A stretch of 36,227 bases of DNA from Candidatus Vogelbacteria bacterium (GTDB taxonomy: Bacteria > Patescibacteriota > Minisyncoccia > Phycocordibacterales > UBA12445), in the NCBI GenBank assembly GCA_016215345.1, contig JACRKD010000012.1, positions 1 through 36,227 on the forward strand, written 5' to 3'. A program made the translations under genes and the position numbers. This document shows positions 1-8,951 of this stretch, in pieces. How positions within the stretch are numbered: position 1 is the first letter of the stretch; each line of letters starts with the position of its first letter. The notes below the pieces were generated by a model. It worked only from the letters and a program-made list of their open reading frames with translations, was not told the DNA's origin and did no database searches.

Positions 1-137
1 AATATCGATTACCATTGGCAATGAGGAAGTTCGTGTACGTTTCAAGATTAAATGTTTTAGTCATAATGTGTCCGGGTTATGGACACCCATAGTATTGCAC
101 AAAAACTCGTGGTTTGGTATTGTTTGCGTAGGTACTA
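1..137 (-). mobile_element. Probable left end and transposase N-terminus of an IS701-like insertion sequence, truncated by the window edge
   Basis: A minus-strand ORF from ATG at 64 reads MTKTFNLETYTNFLIANGNRY and runs off the edge, resembling the Y-x-N-F-L-I-A N-terminus I recall for IS701-family DDE transposases. Upstream TAGTACCTACGCA (137-125) resembles IS701-type termini. A GTGTCC/GGACAC hairpin at 68-86 lies just before the start. Only 21 codons are visible. Confidence 0.4.
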
Positions 138-168
138 TAGATTAAAAATCTAGGTTTCGAAACTTTAC

Positions 169-723
169 CTACAAACTTACTGTCGGCGCAACTTCTGCCC
201 CTTTTGCCGATTCGAAATATGCCTTACCGCTAAAACCGGAGAGCCTCGCGATGAGACTCGACGGGAACATCTGAACATAAGTGTTATAAACCTTTACCGC
301 GTCATTAAACCGGCCTCTCTCAACACCAATTCTATTCTCCGTCCCCTCTATTTGTACCATAAGCGTTCCGACAGTATCGATAGACTTAAGCTGTGGATAG
401 TTTTCCATAACCACCAAAAGTCTAGCCAGCGAAGACTCTACCTGGTTCGTCGCCAATACTTTTTCGTCTACCGACTTGGCGTCTCCGTACCTGGTTCGCG
501 CCTCCGCGATAACATCAAAAACCGCCTGCTCCTGCTTCATCGCCCCTTTCACCGAATTTACGAGGTTTGGAATAAGATCGAAGCGCCTCTGATACTGCGT
601 TTCCACCTGCGCCCACTGTCCTTGCAACCCCTGGTCCAACCCGACAAAACGATTGTAAGTCGTAAGCCAATAGCCCAAAACTACAACTACAACTGCTATA
701 ACTACCCACCATTTTTTACTCAT
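169..723 (-). CDS. lemA: LemA family protein
   Basis: N-terminal TM helix; motifs YN..V, W.QVE.QYQRR.DLIPNLV, ENYPQLKS, EGTENRI..ER..FN.AV..YN.....FPS. Confidence 0.95.
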   Translation of the reverse strand: MSKKWWVVIAVVVVVLGYWLTTYNRFVGLDQGLQGQWAQVETQYQRRFDLIPNLVNSVKGAMKQEQAVFDVIAEARTRYGDAKSVDEKVLATNQVESSLARLLVVMENYPQLKSIDTVGTLMVQIEGTENRIGVERGRFNDAVKVYNTYVQMFPSSLIARLSGFSGKAYFESAKGAEVAPTVSL

Positions 724-946
724 AATATTTTTTAAATTAGCTTATATAAACTAAACCAAAACTCTCTATTATATATGTACGAAAATTCCTTAATAAGTCT
801 AGCACACAGAGACAAAACACGATACCACTCCAACCCCCCCCATTACCCCGTTGGAAGTAACGTCTTACTATCTCCAATGGTCGTGGGTTTTAGTAAGACA
901 TTAATAATCAGCCTCTGCGGCGGGTTGTTATAAGTGAAGCGAAATT

Positions 947-981
947 AAAAAGAAAAAGCCCCGCCAGAATCCCGACAGGGC
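947..981 (-). terminator. Rho-independent terminator of the orphan cassette
   Basis: The minus strand reads GCCCTGTCGG-GATT-CTGGCGGGGC (10 bp stem with G-U pairs) followed by TTTTTCTTTTT, about 20 nt after the stop at 1003. Confidence 0.7.
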
Positions 982-1002
982 CGCTCCACAGAGGAGACTC
1001 TC

Positions 1003-1218
1003 TTACGATACTTCTACCTGAACATGCACAGTGCCCTGTATTCCGCTCACCATCACCTTGGCGATGCGGCAGGACGGCGAACAGAGACCAAACGCAACCA
1101 CCGACCCTTGGTATTGGTCCGGACAGATCGCCTCTTCCATGAGGCTGTGAGCCTCTTCGTCGCTTGAAGCCCTCGCAAGGGCTCTCGCCAGCCTGACCTC
1201 CATCTCTTCCCTGGTCAT
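1003..1218 (-). CDS. Small hypothetical protein (71 aa), paralog of the upstream ORF
   Basis: ATG at 1218 overlaps the upstream stop (ATGA) and is preceded by GGAGG. The N-terminus MTREEMEVRLARALARASSDEEAHSLMEEAI aligns with the neighbouring ORF. Confidence 0.7.
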   Translation of the reverse strand: MTREEMEVRLARALARASSDEEAHSLMEEAICPDQYQGSVVAFGLCSPSCRIAKVMVSGIQGTVHVQVEVS

Positions 1219-1442
1219 GCCTTTTTTCCTCCTTTGTCGCAATCGACAATCAAGTCGTGCTTCATGCCTAGAGCGTCGAACCACCGTAGATCAACGCACC
1301 TGTACTCATCGTCCCAAACAATCCGCAGGTTCTGAAAATGTTCCCCGCCGATTGCCTCTTGGATAAAAGACCACGCCTCACCTTGGCTACTCGCCACTTC
1401 AATGGCCGACAAAATCCGACCCTCTATCTCTGTCCGGTTCAT
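1215..1442 (-). CDS. Small hypothetical protein (75 aa)
   Basis: ATG at 1442 with AAGGA SD upstream; MNRTEIEGRILSAIEVASSQGEAWSFIQEAI...; translationally coupled to the next ORF. Confidence 0.7.
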   Translation of the reverse strand: MNRTEIEGRILSAIEVASSQGEAWSFIQEAIGGEHFQNLRIVWDDEYRCVDLRWFDALGMKHDLIVDCDKGGKKA

Positions 1443-1473
1443 GGTGGGTTCCTTTCCCTGGGTTGACAAAAGG

Positions 1474-2019
1474 CTAATCACAGAGGACACAGTCCACGCC
1501 GGCCGTAGCAATGTCGGTCTCGACACCCCTCACGCTCCTCGTGAACTGATCATGCGAGAACGGCAAGCTGACCTTAACTCGGGAATAGAGCCGACCGGTG
1601 TCCACTGATCCGTCCCTAAGCAAGAAGCGAAGTATGGCGACCCGATAGTTCAAACCAAGGAGGTCCTCGCCATCGGGAGACTCGAGAAACACCCTTTGTC
1701 CGGGATTGAGACCAAGATCTCTCTCAAGCTCGGCAATCTGCTCCATATAGTGCGTTAAGGTGAGTCTTAGCGCTGCGACCTGCAAGAGGTCGGTCGGCCT
1801 GCTTAGCACCTTACCGTCATGGGCCGGACAGTCTAGGCGCCCTGTCTTCAAGGGCAACTCCTCGAGCGGCTTCACGACGAAACCAATCCAGCCAGTACTT
1901 AGCGCAAAGAAGAATCCGAGACAGGCGGTAACAACAAATGAAGACGTCGGTACGAAGAGACTCAAGATGCACAGAACTCCGAGACAAATCTGAAGAGGTC
2001 TGCTTCTCATGCCTGCCAC
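1474..2019 (-). CDS. Hypothetical membrane protein with two N-terminal TM helices
   Basis: 181 aa ORF, AAGGAG just upstream of the GTG/ATG starts, two hydrophobic segments followed by a soluble domain. Confidence 0.6.
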   Translation of the reverse strand: MAGMRSRPLQICLGVLCILSLFVPTSSFVVTACLGFFFALSTGWIGFVVKPLEELPLKTGRLDCPAHDGKVLSRPTDLLQVAALRLTLTHYMEQIAELERDLGLNPGQRVFLESPDGEDLLGLNYRVAILRFLLRDGSVDTGRLYSRVKVSLPFSHDQFTRSVRGVETDIATAGVDCVLCD

Positions 2020-2130
2020 GCTCCTTAATGCCCACCTAAAATGGGCATCTCGTCAAAATGTATAGTATTTTCAAGGCGATTACGCCCTTTTCAGCTCTTC
2101 CTATATTCTAACATACCCCTCTATTGTCTG

Positions 2131-3090
2131 TCAAGCCAACTCCCGCTTTAAGTCTTCAATAATATTCACTCTTTCCGGGTCAGCGCCATTCAGCTTGGCA
2201 ACATGGAAACTTATCCAGTCCACTAAAATTATAGAGTTAAAAATCTTTTCTAGCTTACTTTTTCCGTCCAATTCTATTATAGAAACATCTGGAAGTCTAG
2301 CGTCTAGTAACTTTTTAGTCAGCTCCATACGTTTCAAAATCCTCGGGTGTTCATCGCCACTCTTGAGAAAAATAATATGAAAATCATCTTTCAATCTTTC
2401 CACGGCACCCAAATTGTCAAATCCGACTATCTCATTGTGATCCAGTTCTGGAAGGAAATTGCAAAAGGCCGGCATCTTCCCCAACTCATTCAATTTGATT
2501 TTCCAAATATAGGCCAGCGGAAAGTTATCGCGAGAAGAGTATATAAGAGAAATTTTTCTAGACAACTTTTTCGCCAGGTCCCTCCCCTTTTCTTCCAACA
2601 TTTCCGGCCGAAGCGTATTTTCTAAATCATACACTTCCGTCAAAAGTTCTTTCTCACCTAACATCGTAACGAAAGCAACAAACGAATATCCGACAGCCAT
2701 CCTAGGCTGAAGACCGGAAGGCAAAACAATGTACAGCAAGTTATGAATTTTCGCCATCTCCAAAAGTTTTCCACCGGACGCCACCACAGCCAAGGGAAGA
2801 TTCCCCGAGATAACCTCCTCGGCGAAGTTGAGAGTCTCCTCGGTATTGCCGGAATAGGAACTGGCGATAAATAAAGTTTCGCTTCCCCGCACAAAAGCAG
2901 GCAAGCCATAATCAGAGTGTACTCTCAAATTCAAGTCTGGCCTGAAGATTTTCAACAAATCTGCCGAGAGGTGTGACCCGCCCATTCCTCCCACAACTAT
3001 ATCGGACAAAACTTTTAGGTTATTAATGTTGTCTGTTTTCGGCCTGAAACCGAACTGCTTATTAAAGTCTTTTATATTATTTTCTATCAT
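2131..3090 (-). CDS. Bifunctional phosphoglucose/phosphomannose isomerase (SIS domain, PGI/PMI family)
   Basis: GMGGS, SSYSGNTEETL, ASGGKL, QPRMA, WK..LNE.GK and PELDHNEI motifs. Confidence 0.92.
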   Translation of the reverse strand: MIENNIKDFNKQFGFRPKTDNINNLKVLSDIVVGGMGGSHLSADLLKIFRPDLNLRVHSDYGLPAFVRGSETLFIASSYSGNTEETLNFAEEVISGNLPLAVVASGGKLLEMAKIHNLLYIVLPSGLQPRMAVGYSFVAFVTMLGEKELLTEVYDLENTLRPEMLEEKGRDLAKKLSRKISLIYSSRDNFPLAYIWKIKLNELGKMPAFCNFLPELDHNEIVGFDNLGAVERLKDDFHIIFLKSGDEHPRILKRMELTKKLLDARLPDVSIIELDGKSKLEKIFNSIILVDWISFHVAKLNGADPERVNIIEDLKRELA

Positions 3091-3096
3091 TGTCCT

Positions 3097-3146
3097 ATAA
3101 TAACTCCTTAAAGGACATTGTGCAAAAGAGGGTTATACCCTAGAAT
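3097..3146. promoter_or_regulatory. Overlapping divergent sigma70-like promoters for PGI/PMI and dsbA
   Basis: Plus strand: TTGTGC(3118)-17 bp-TAGAAT(3141), 6 nt before ATG 3153. Minus strand: TTGCAC(3125)-17 bp-TATTAT(3102), 6 nt before ATG 3090. Confidence 0.55.
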
Positions 3147-3152
3147 CTAGGG

Positions 3153-3797
3153 ATGATGGAAAATAACATATTTAGAAACATAGCCATATGGCTTATCATT
3201 GCATTAACAATAGTAATCGTTGTGCTCATATTGGTCGGCCTAAGTAGTGGCCATATACAGGTATCTGGCGACCTTGTTGTCCCCGTAAACTCTTCAGACC
3301 ACATAGTTGGCACATCCACTCCAAAACTTACCATAGTTGAATATGGCGATTATCAATGTCCGGCTTGTGCCGCTTTCGACCCAGTGGTAAGAAAAGTTAT
3401 GGAAGAGTACAGCGACAAAGTTCAACTAGTATCGCGCAACTTTCCTCTAATACAACATAGAAATGCCACCTCCTCGGCCAAGATAGTCGAGGCCGCGGGG
3501 AGACAGGGAAAATTCTTCGAAATGCGGGAAAAAATCTATACCGGCCAGCTTGACTGGGCAAATAGTGACAAGCCAGTCGAGATATTCACTAGATACGCCG
3601 TAGAACTGGGTCTTAATGTTGATAAACTGTTAACCGACAAGGAACTGCCAGAAATTACAAATAAGATAGAAACCGACCTACAGGGAGGAAAAGATTCTAG
3701 CGTAAATTCCACACCATCTTTCTTCCTAAATGGCAAAAAAGTGGCCATGCCTCTTAATTACGAGGAGTTCAAAAAAATTGTCGAAAACAATCTATAA
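3153..3797 (+). CDS. Membrane-anchored DsbA-family thiol-disulfide oxidoreductase
   Basis: N-terminal TM helix, EYGDYQCPAC active site, RNFPL, cis-Pro loop VNSTPSFFLNG. Confidence 0.93.
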   Translation: MMENNIFRNIAIWLIIALTIVIVVLILVGLSSGHIQVSGDLVVPVNSSDHIVGTSTPKLTIVEYGDYQCPACAAFDPVVRKVMEEYSDKVQLVSRNFPLIQHRNATSSAKIVEAAGRQGKFFEMREKIYTGQLDWANSDKPVEIFTRYAVELGLNVDKLLTDKELPEITNKIETDLQGGKDSSVNSTPSFFLNGKKVAMPLNYEEFKKIVENNL

Positions 3798-4224
3798 AAT
3801 CCTGATAACGGTACTCCACCTTCTGCCCATTGCCGGATTCACTGACGCAACTTATCTCACAGTTGAACACTATTCAGGCGGAAACATCATGTGTGTTATA
3901 TTTCAAGGATGCGATATCGTTAACACCAGTAAATACGCCGTGATAATAGGCACACCCATCGCGCTTTTTGGTATGGTCTACTACTTCACACTCATAATTC
4001 TGGCCTCTATATACTCAAGTACTGGCAAACGAGAGTTTCTACTGACAATATTTATGCTCTCCGGCCTAGGATTTATATTTTCTATTTATTTAACCTACCT
4101 TCAACTTTTCGTTATTAACGCCATCTGTTTTTATTGCATCATTTCAGCGGGCATAACAACGACCATCTTTGTCTTAAGTGGCTATCTGCTCACAAAAAAC
4201 TTATCCACAGGTTATCCAAATTGA
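3778..4224 (+). CDS. Vitamin K epoxide reductase (VKOR) family protein, DsbA-oxidising partner
   Basis: Loop Cys pair C-x5-GC-x2-V-x2-S-x-YA, TM CFYC motif, four TM helices, adjacent to dsbA. The start is uncertain; TTG 3778 was chosen. Confidence 0.92.
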   Translation: MSKTIYKILITVLHLLPIAGFTDATYLTVEHYSGGNIMCVIFQGCDIVNTSKYAVIIGTPIALFGMVYYFTLIILASIYSSTGKREFLLTIFMLSGLGFIFSIYLTYLQLFVINAICFYCIISAGITTTIFVLSGYLLTKNLSTGYPN

Positions 4225-4249
4225 AAGTTCAACCATCGGGGTATAGAAT
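4201..4249 (+). promoter_or_regulatory. sigma70-like promoter preceded by tandem DnaA-box-like sites
   Basis: TTATCCACA (4201-4209), TTATCCAAA (4212-4220), then TTGAAA(4221)-17 bp-TAGAAT(4244). Confidence 0.6.
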
Positions 4250-4317
4250 TACCTTATTAGTAACTAAGAAGTGCTGGAGTTTCGTGCCAGTACTATTATT
4301 AATAGTTAATTTTTAAT

Positions 4318-5421
4318 ATGAAAAAGAATTTTCTTAAGAGAATCACGCGGCTTTCCATGCCAACTGTCCTCTCTCTACTCTTGGTAACGGCTGTTGCTTC
4401 AGCTGCGACCACCATCAGTACTAATATAACTACAGGTGGTACCCTTTCGGTTACAGGGGCCTCAACATTAACCGGTCTCTCTACTCATGTTGCCGGTTTC
4501 GTATCTCAGGCATCATCAACAGTGGTTGGTGCTTTCACCACAACCGGTGCTAACGCATTTGGTAGTACACTGGCTATTACAGGTCTCTCTACCCATGTTG
4601 CCGGTTTCGTATCTCAGGCATCATCAACAGTGGTAGGAGCATTTACCAACACAAATCTTGCTTCTCTAAACGGCGGGGCTTCGACGACAAATCTATCCAC
4701 CTCTGGTACTCTTTGGGTGGGTGGTAGAGCCACCACAACTGCTAGCACCGGGAACATAGCGACAGCAGGAACCCTATCTGTTACCGGTCTATCGACACTG
4801 GTTGCTGGTTTCGTATCTCAAGCATCATCTACGGTGGTAGGCGATCTAACTGTCACGGGTACATTCACACCGACACAAACTGCCGCCACAACATTCGCAG
4901 TTGGAGGAGGATACACTTCCGGAGGATCAGGTTCAACCTTATCGGCTGATGGAGATCTATCTTTGAACGGCGCGCTCAACATTAACGGCTGGGCGACCTC
5001 AACATCAGCCGGGCTGTTCACAGCAGGTGGATCTCTGCGAGCTTCCTCGACGCTACAGGCCACAGGAGCAACACAACTTTACAGTACCCTAACAGTTGAC
5101 AGTACATCTATCTTAACCGGCCTCGCTTCTCTAAACGGTGGAGCTTCAACAACAGCTTTGTCAGTATCGCAGACACTTATGGTAAATGGTCATGCTACGA
5201 CGACGTCTCTTGGAAGAATTCTAACGGACTCAAGCCTATCCGTTGCGACAACTTCAACAGCTAGAATGATTAACGCCGGATCTGGGTCAGCAACAACGAC
5301 TATCTATCTCGGTAAGGCCTGCTTCCTATTCACAATGCCAGACGATACCTCTCTCTACTACTGGCCACAGTCTGCTGGGACTCTTGGTGGTTGGGCAACA
5401 TCTACAGCATCTTGTTTCTAA
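4318..5421 (+). CDS. Secreted Thr/Gly/Ser/Ala-rich beta-strand repeat protein, probably a surface or fibre protein
   Basis: Signal peptide ending AVASA; internal repeats TGLST(H/L)VAGFVSQASSTVVG x3 and LASLNGGASTT x2; C-terminal domain with two Cys. Confidence 0.8.
   Translation: MKKNFLKRITRLSMPTVLSLLLVTAVASAATTISTNITTGGTLSVTGASTLTGLSTHVAGFVSQASSTVVGAFTTTGANAFGSTLAITGLSTHVAGFVSQASSTVVGAFTNTNLASLNGGASTTNLSTSGTLWVGGRATTTASTGNIATAGTLSVTGLSTLVAGFVSQASSTVVGDLTVTGTFTPTQTAATTFAVGGGYTSGGSGSTLSADGDLSLNGALNINGWATSTSAGLFTAGGSLRASSTLQATGATQLYSTLTVDSTSILTGLASLNGGASTTALSVSQTLMVNGHATTTSLGRILTDSSLSVATTSTARMINAGSGSATTTIYLGKACFLFTMPDDTSLYYWPQSAGTLGGWATSTASCF
4474..4838 (+). repeat. Intragenic direct repeats (53 bp, three copies)
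   Basis: 4474-4526 and 4582-4634 differ at one position; 4786-4838 is a more diverged third copy. Confidence 0.9.
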
Positions 5422-5444
5422 GCCATTAACTTAATACCTAAGTT

Positions 5445-6344
5445 ATGAAAAATTATTATAAAACAATCCTAGTGGCGTCTGCCCTAACACTGCTAGGTCC
5501 GCTACAGGCGCTAGCCCTGAATGATGTTACCCTAGAAAGCGGAGGAGACGCCATCATAAATGTAGCCGGCATAAATCTTACATTATCTCCCGCCTCGGTG
5601 ACGGATTCGGTGCAGGTTGATAGCAGTAGCTTCACCGTTACCATTTCCAACAACGGATCTATGACAATTGTATCCACCGACAGACGAACTATGACCTTTA
5701 GCCAACCGGATGGACAAAGCCCACTCCTGACAACGACCCTAGTCTGTACCACGGCGGACAGTACATATACAATAGGGAACCCAACAGCTGGGGCCACAAA
5801 CCTACAAATAACGGTTACCCCAACAACCAACACTTGCTCTACTAGTGGTGGTGGAAGCGGTTCTAGCGGAAGTGGTAGTACGACTGGTGGTGGAGGTGGA
5901 GATCCTTATGCCGGAACGAGAGTGACCACTACAGCGGCCGTAAAGTCAGCAACAGTAACGAAACCAGTGGTAGTAACACCAACGCCTGTTGCAACTACCG
6001 TTACTCCAGTGGCAACTACAGCTTCCCAATCTCCTCTGGTGACACTAAAGGTTGGGCAATCAAATCCTATAGTTAGAGTGATTCAGGTCATACTAAACCT
6101 TGATCCAAAAACTAAGGTAGCGTCATCGGGTCCTGGTTCGCCCGGAAAAGAAACGGCCGTCTTCGGTAATCTGACTGTCAATGCCATAAAGAAATTGCAG
6201 GCTGCCAGCGGAATAGCCAAACAAGGAGATGCCGAGTATGGAACGCTAGGCCAGAAAACGGTGCTTAAGCTGATAGACGTATTAGTCGAGAGAATAAAAG
6301 TTCTTCAAGACAAACTGAATCAACAAAAAGCTTCTGGCAATTAA
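5445..6344 (+). CDS. Secreted protein with a C-terminal peptidoglycan-binding-like domain
   Basis: Signal peptide, beta-rich domain with a Cys pair, Gly/Ser and Thr/Pro linker, then LKVG.S...V..IQ..LN...GPGSPG.ET..FG.LT..AIKKLQ...G.LG.KT. Confidence 0.82.
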   Translation: MKNYYKTILVASALTLLGPLQALALNDVTLESGGDAIINVAGINLTLSPASVTDSVQVDSSSFTVTISNNGSMTIVSTDRRTMTFSQPDGQSPLLTTTLVCTTADSTYTIGNPTAGATNLQITVTPTTNTCSTSGGGSGSSGSGSTTGGGGGDPYAGTRVTTTAAVKSATVTKPVVVTPTPVATTVTPVATTASQSPLVTLKVGQSNPIVRVIQVILNLDPKTKVASSGPGSPGKETAVFGNLTVNAIKKLQAASGIAKQGDAEYGTLGQKTVLKLIDVLVERIKVLQDKLNQQKASGN

Positions 6345-6360
6345 ATAAAGCTACAAGAGG

Positions 6361-6392
6361 GGTCGGAACACATAGAAGGTCCGACCTTTTTT
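6361..6392 (+). terminator. Rho-independent terminator
   Basis: GGTCGGA-N12-TCCGACC-TTTTTT, 16 nt after the stop. Confidence 0.7.
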
Positions 6393-6419
6393 GCCGCTTG
6401 AATCCCCCTCCCCCTTTTT

Positions 6420-7058
6420 TTAATTTAGATATTTGAAGTCTTTACTGAAGAACCTTCGAGCAAGACAAAAGATGGTATAGGTGATGAAATAAGCGGCAAA
6501 AACATCTATCGAGTAATGAAGATGCCCCAACAAGACGCTGGCCGCCAGAACTATGGAAATAAAAACAAAAGGCAAGCGAAGCCTTTTATTATCCCAAAAG
6601 GTCAGGGCGAGAAGAAAAGGAAAACCGGTGTGGCCGGAGAAGAAAAGATCGCCGGTACCATTAAGCCCTAGGAGATTCAGCAACTTGCCATCACCGAGAG
6701 TAATACTATCTGGCGATGGAGCTATGTGGGTGAGGGTCATAAAAACGGCCCTGATCACAATGAATAACGCTACACTTTTAACTACAAAAGGCAGTCTCTT
6801 AGGCTCTAAAATAATCAAGACGGCAATAAAAAGTATTAAAAATAATGCGCCATAGATTACAATAATTTCCACATTCAAGGTCGGAATATTGTCTAGTATT
6901 ATATCGTTTACGAAATTACTCTGGCGGGACGCGGCATAGTTATTTGTAAAATAGTTGAAAACTAAACTAATCAGCAAAAAGAACAAACCGCCGATAGCAG
7001 ATGAAGCGTAATCTTTATCAGCCCAGTTATGTTTATGTTTATTAAGGGTTTCTTGCAT
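6420..7058 (-). CDS. Sphingomyelin-synthase-like (PAP2 C-terminal family) integral membrane phosphotransferase
   Basis: GDLFFSGHT and HYSIDV...Y match SMS motifs D3 and D4; about six TM helices. Confidence 0.8.
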   Translation of the reverse strand: MQETLNKHKHNWADKDYASSAIGGLFFLLISLVFNYFTNNYAASRQSNFVNDIILDNIPTLNVEIIVIYGALFLILFIAVLIILEPKRLPFVVKSVALFIVIRAVFMTLTHIAPSPDSITLGDGKLLNLLGLNGTGDLFFSGHTGFPFLLALTFWDNKRLRLPFVFISIVLAASVLLGHLHYSIDVFAAYFITYTIFCLARRFFSKDFKYLN

Positions 7059-7067
7059 ATATCATGG

Positions 7068-8258
7068 TCAATTATTTGGCAACCGTTGATGTATTATATC
7101 ATTATAAAAACGCTCCAGGGATCTGGTAACACTCCCTCTAGAATAATTAAGCGCCAAACTGCGACTATTATTAGAAAAACTTCTTGCCATCTCGCCGTCC
7201 CTTGTAAGAAGAATGATTTTCTCCGCCATATCGCGTAGATCGCCTGGAGTAAATAAGAGGCCGTTCACCCCTTCCTTCACAATCTCTGGGATCCCGAGCG
7301 CCCTGGCTCCAATGACAGGAAGCCCCGCGGACATAGCCTCCAAAACAGAAAGAGGCATGTTTTCGCTATCGCTAGCCGTTACGAAGACATCGCTAGCCTG
7401 CAAAACTTCAACCAATTCACCGCCGCGCTTGAAACCAACAAAGGAGACATTCTTTCCGATCCCCAAATCCTTGACTAGTAACTCGATCGCCCCCTTCTCC
7501 GGGCCATCACCAACAATAACCAATCCTATGAACGGTTCGCTCTTTAAGGCCATAGCGAAAGCCCTTACAACTTGGTCAATCTTTTTTTCATAGCTTACAC
7601 GCCCCATGTAAACAAGGGTCTTTTTTCTAAAACCCAGGGAGCTCTTGAGGCGCTCTTTGGCAATATCATCCCCTGCAGGCTTAAAGAGTTCAGTATCAAT
7701 CGCGTTAACGATAATCTCCATCGGCCTCTTAAGACCATAATTTTTTAGCTCTTGGGCTAGAGATTTACTTGGGCTTACAACAGCATCACAGCAATTATAA
7801 TAAAAATTTACATAGTTCCAAGAAAAGCTCCGCGCCCATGCATAATCTAGCTTAACGTGTTTAAGATATTTATCATAAAACGTATGATGAGTACCAACTA
7901 TCGGTATATTGAACAACTTGGCGGCAAGAACCGCCTCCCATCCGATACTAAATGGGGTGTGGGCGTGAATTATGTCTAACCTAACCCTCCTGGCATGGTT
8001 AATCGCAAGACCGAGAGGTAGCGGTATCCTCTGGTCATGATAAACCATCGCCGGTACTGATGGTAGACGGATAATTGTAAACGGATAATCCCCATCACCA
8101 TTTAACTCCCCGCCCTGCCGCCTTAACAAACTGCCGGCAACGGTATACACAAAAACCTCATGACCAAGATTCCCAAGCGTGATAGCCGAGGTCAAGGCGG
8201 TATTCGCTACGCCGTTTACCTGTGGCGGGAAAGTATCACTAAATATTCCTATCCTCAT
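7068..8258 (-). CDS. GT4 glycosyltransferase resembling diacylglycerol alpha-glucosyltransferases
   Basis: MRIGIFSDTFPPQVNGV, DIIHAHTPFSIG, GTHHT.Y..YLKH, GRVSYEK, E-x7-E (ENMPLSVLE). Confidence 0.88.
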   Translation of the reverse strand: MRIGIFSDTFPPQVNGVANTALTSAITLGNLGHEVFVYTVAGSLLRRQGGELNGDGDYPFTIIRLPSVPAMVYHDQRIPLPLGLAINHARRVRLDIIHAHTPFSIGWEAVLAAKLFNIPIVGTHHTFYDKYLKHVKLDYAWARSFSWNYVNFYYNCCDAVVSPSKSLAQELKNYGLKRPMEIIVNAIDTELFKPAGDDIAKERLKSSLGFRKKTLVYMGRVSYEKKIDQVVRAFAMALKSEPFIGLVIVGDGPEKGAIELLVKDLGIGKNVSFVGFKRGGELVEVLQASDVFVTASDSENMPLSVLEAMSAGLPVIGARALGIPEIVKEGVNGLLFTPGDLRDMAEKIILLTRDGEMARSFSNNSRSLALNYSRGSVTRSLERFYNDIIHQRLPNN

Positions 8259-8941
8259 ACTCGTAATCGTCTAAGTTGGGCAAACTGTCGCGCTATTCCA
8301 GACACAGATGTTGTCTTTAAAATATCACCAAACATGCGCATATCCGCTATAATTCCAGAAACAACCCCCTGTTTGCTAGCTTTAAGCGGACTACGGACAT
8401 TATCCCAAAAAACCACTCTTATTCTGCTCTTACTTGCCATGATCACATTATTAAAAAAAGTCTCTATCCCAAAACGAGAAAGTCTGCTAATCTCCTCCAG
8501 CCGATCCTCAATGAGGCTTTTTTTGAAAACTCTCTCTCCTGTTAATATGTCCATGCCGACAAGCCTGTAAAATATATCGGCAAAGAAACTGATCCTCCTT
8601 ACACTAAAACTTACATCGGCGACTCCAAAAGTAACCGGCTCTATCAGCCTGCTCACGTTATCAGCATTCAATCCTATCAAGTCGGCATCCAAAAGAAAAA
8701 TTGTATCCCCCGCAGACTCTCTTACACCGGTAACCACCGCCAGACTCTTGCCCTTGTTTACGCCGTGATTAATCATACGGACTCCCGGAAACTTTCCGAC
8801 AACACTCGAAGTATTATCGGTTGAATGATCATCAACCACGATAACCTCATCTATAAGCGGGTGTTTATAAACTACCCCTAGGACATTTTCTATTCTCGGA
8901 GCCTCATTATAGGCCGGTATTATGCAAGAAACTTTTGACAT
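8255..8941 (-). CDS. GT2 family glycosyltransferase
   Basis: IIPAYNE, VVDDHSTD, NKGKS.A, LDAD; ATGA-coupled to the GT4 gene. Confidence 0.9.
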   Translation of the reverse strand: MSKVSCIIPAYNEAPRIENVLGVVYKHPLIDEVIVVDDHSTDNTSSVVGKFPGVRMINHGVNKGKSLAVVTGVRESAGDTIFLLDADLIGLNADNVSRLIEPVTFGVADVSFSVRRISFFADIFYRLVGMDILTGERVFKKSLIEDRLEEISRLSRFGIETFFNNVIMASKSRIRVVFWDNVRSPLKASKQGVVSGIIADMRMFGDILKTTSVSGIARQFAQLRRLRV

Positions 8942-8951
8942 ACAATCTATT

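Noticed and set aside
908-1249. Alternative-frame 113-aa ORF
   Set aside because: It overlaps two SD-led, mutually similar ORFs and runs through the terminator
4201-4220. DnaA boxes as oriC
   Set aside because: Only two boxes, inside a gene end, with no dnaA/dnaN or extended AT-rich unwinding region
4474-4838. Direct repeats as a CRISPR array or a DGR template/variable pair
   Set aside because: They are in-frame coding repeats with irregular spacing, differences are not adenine-specific, and no cas or reverse transcriptase gene is in the window
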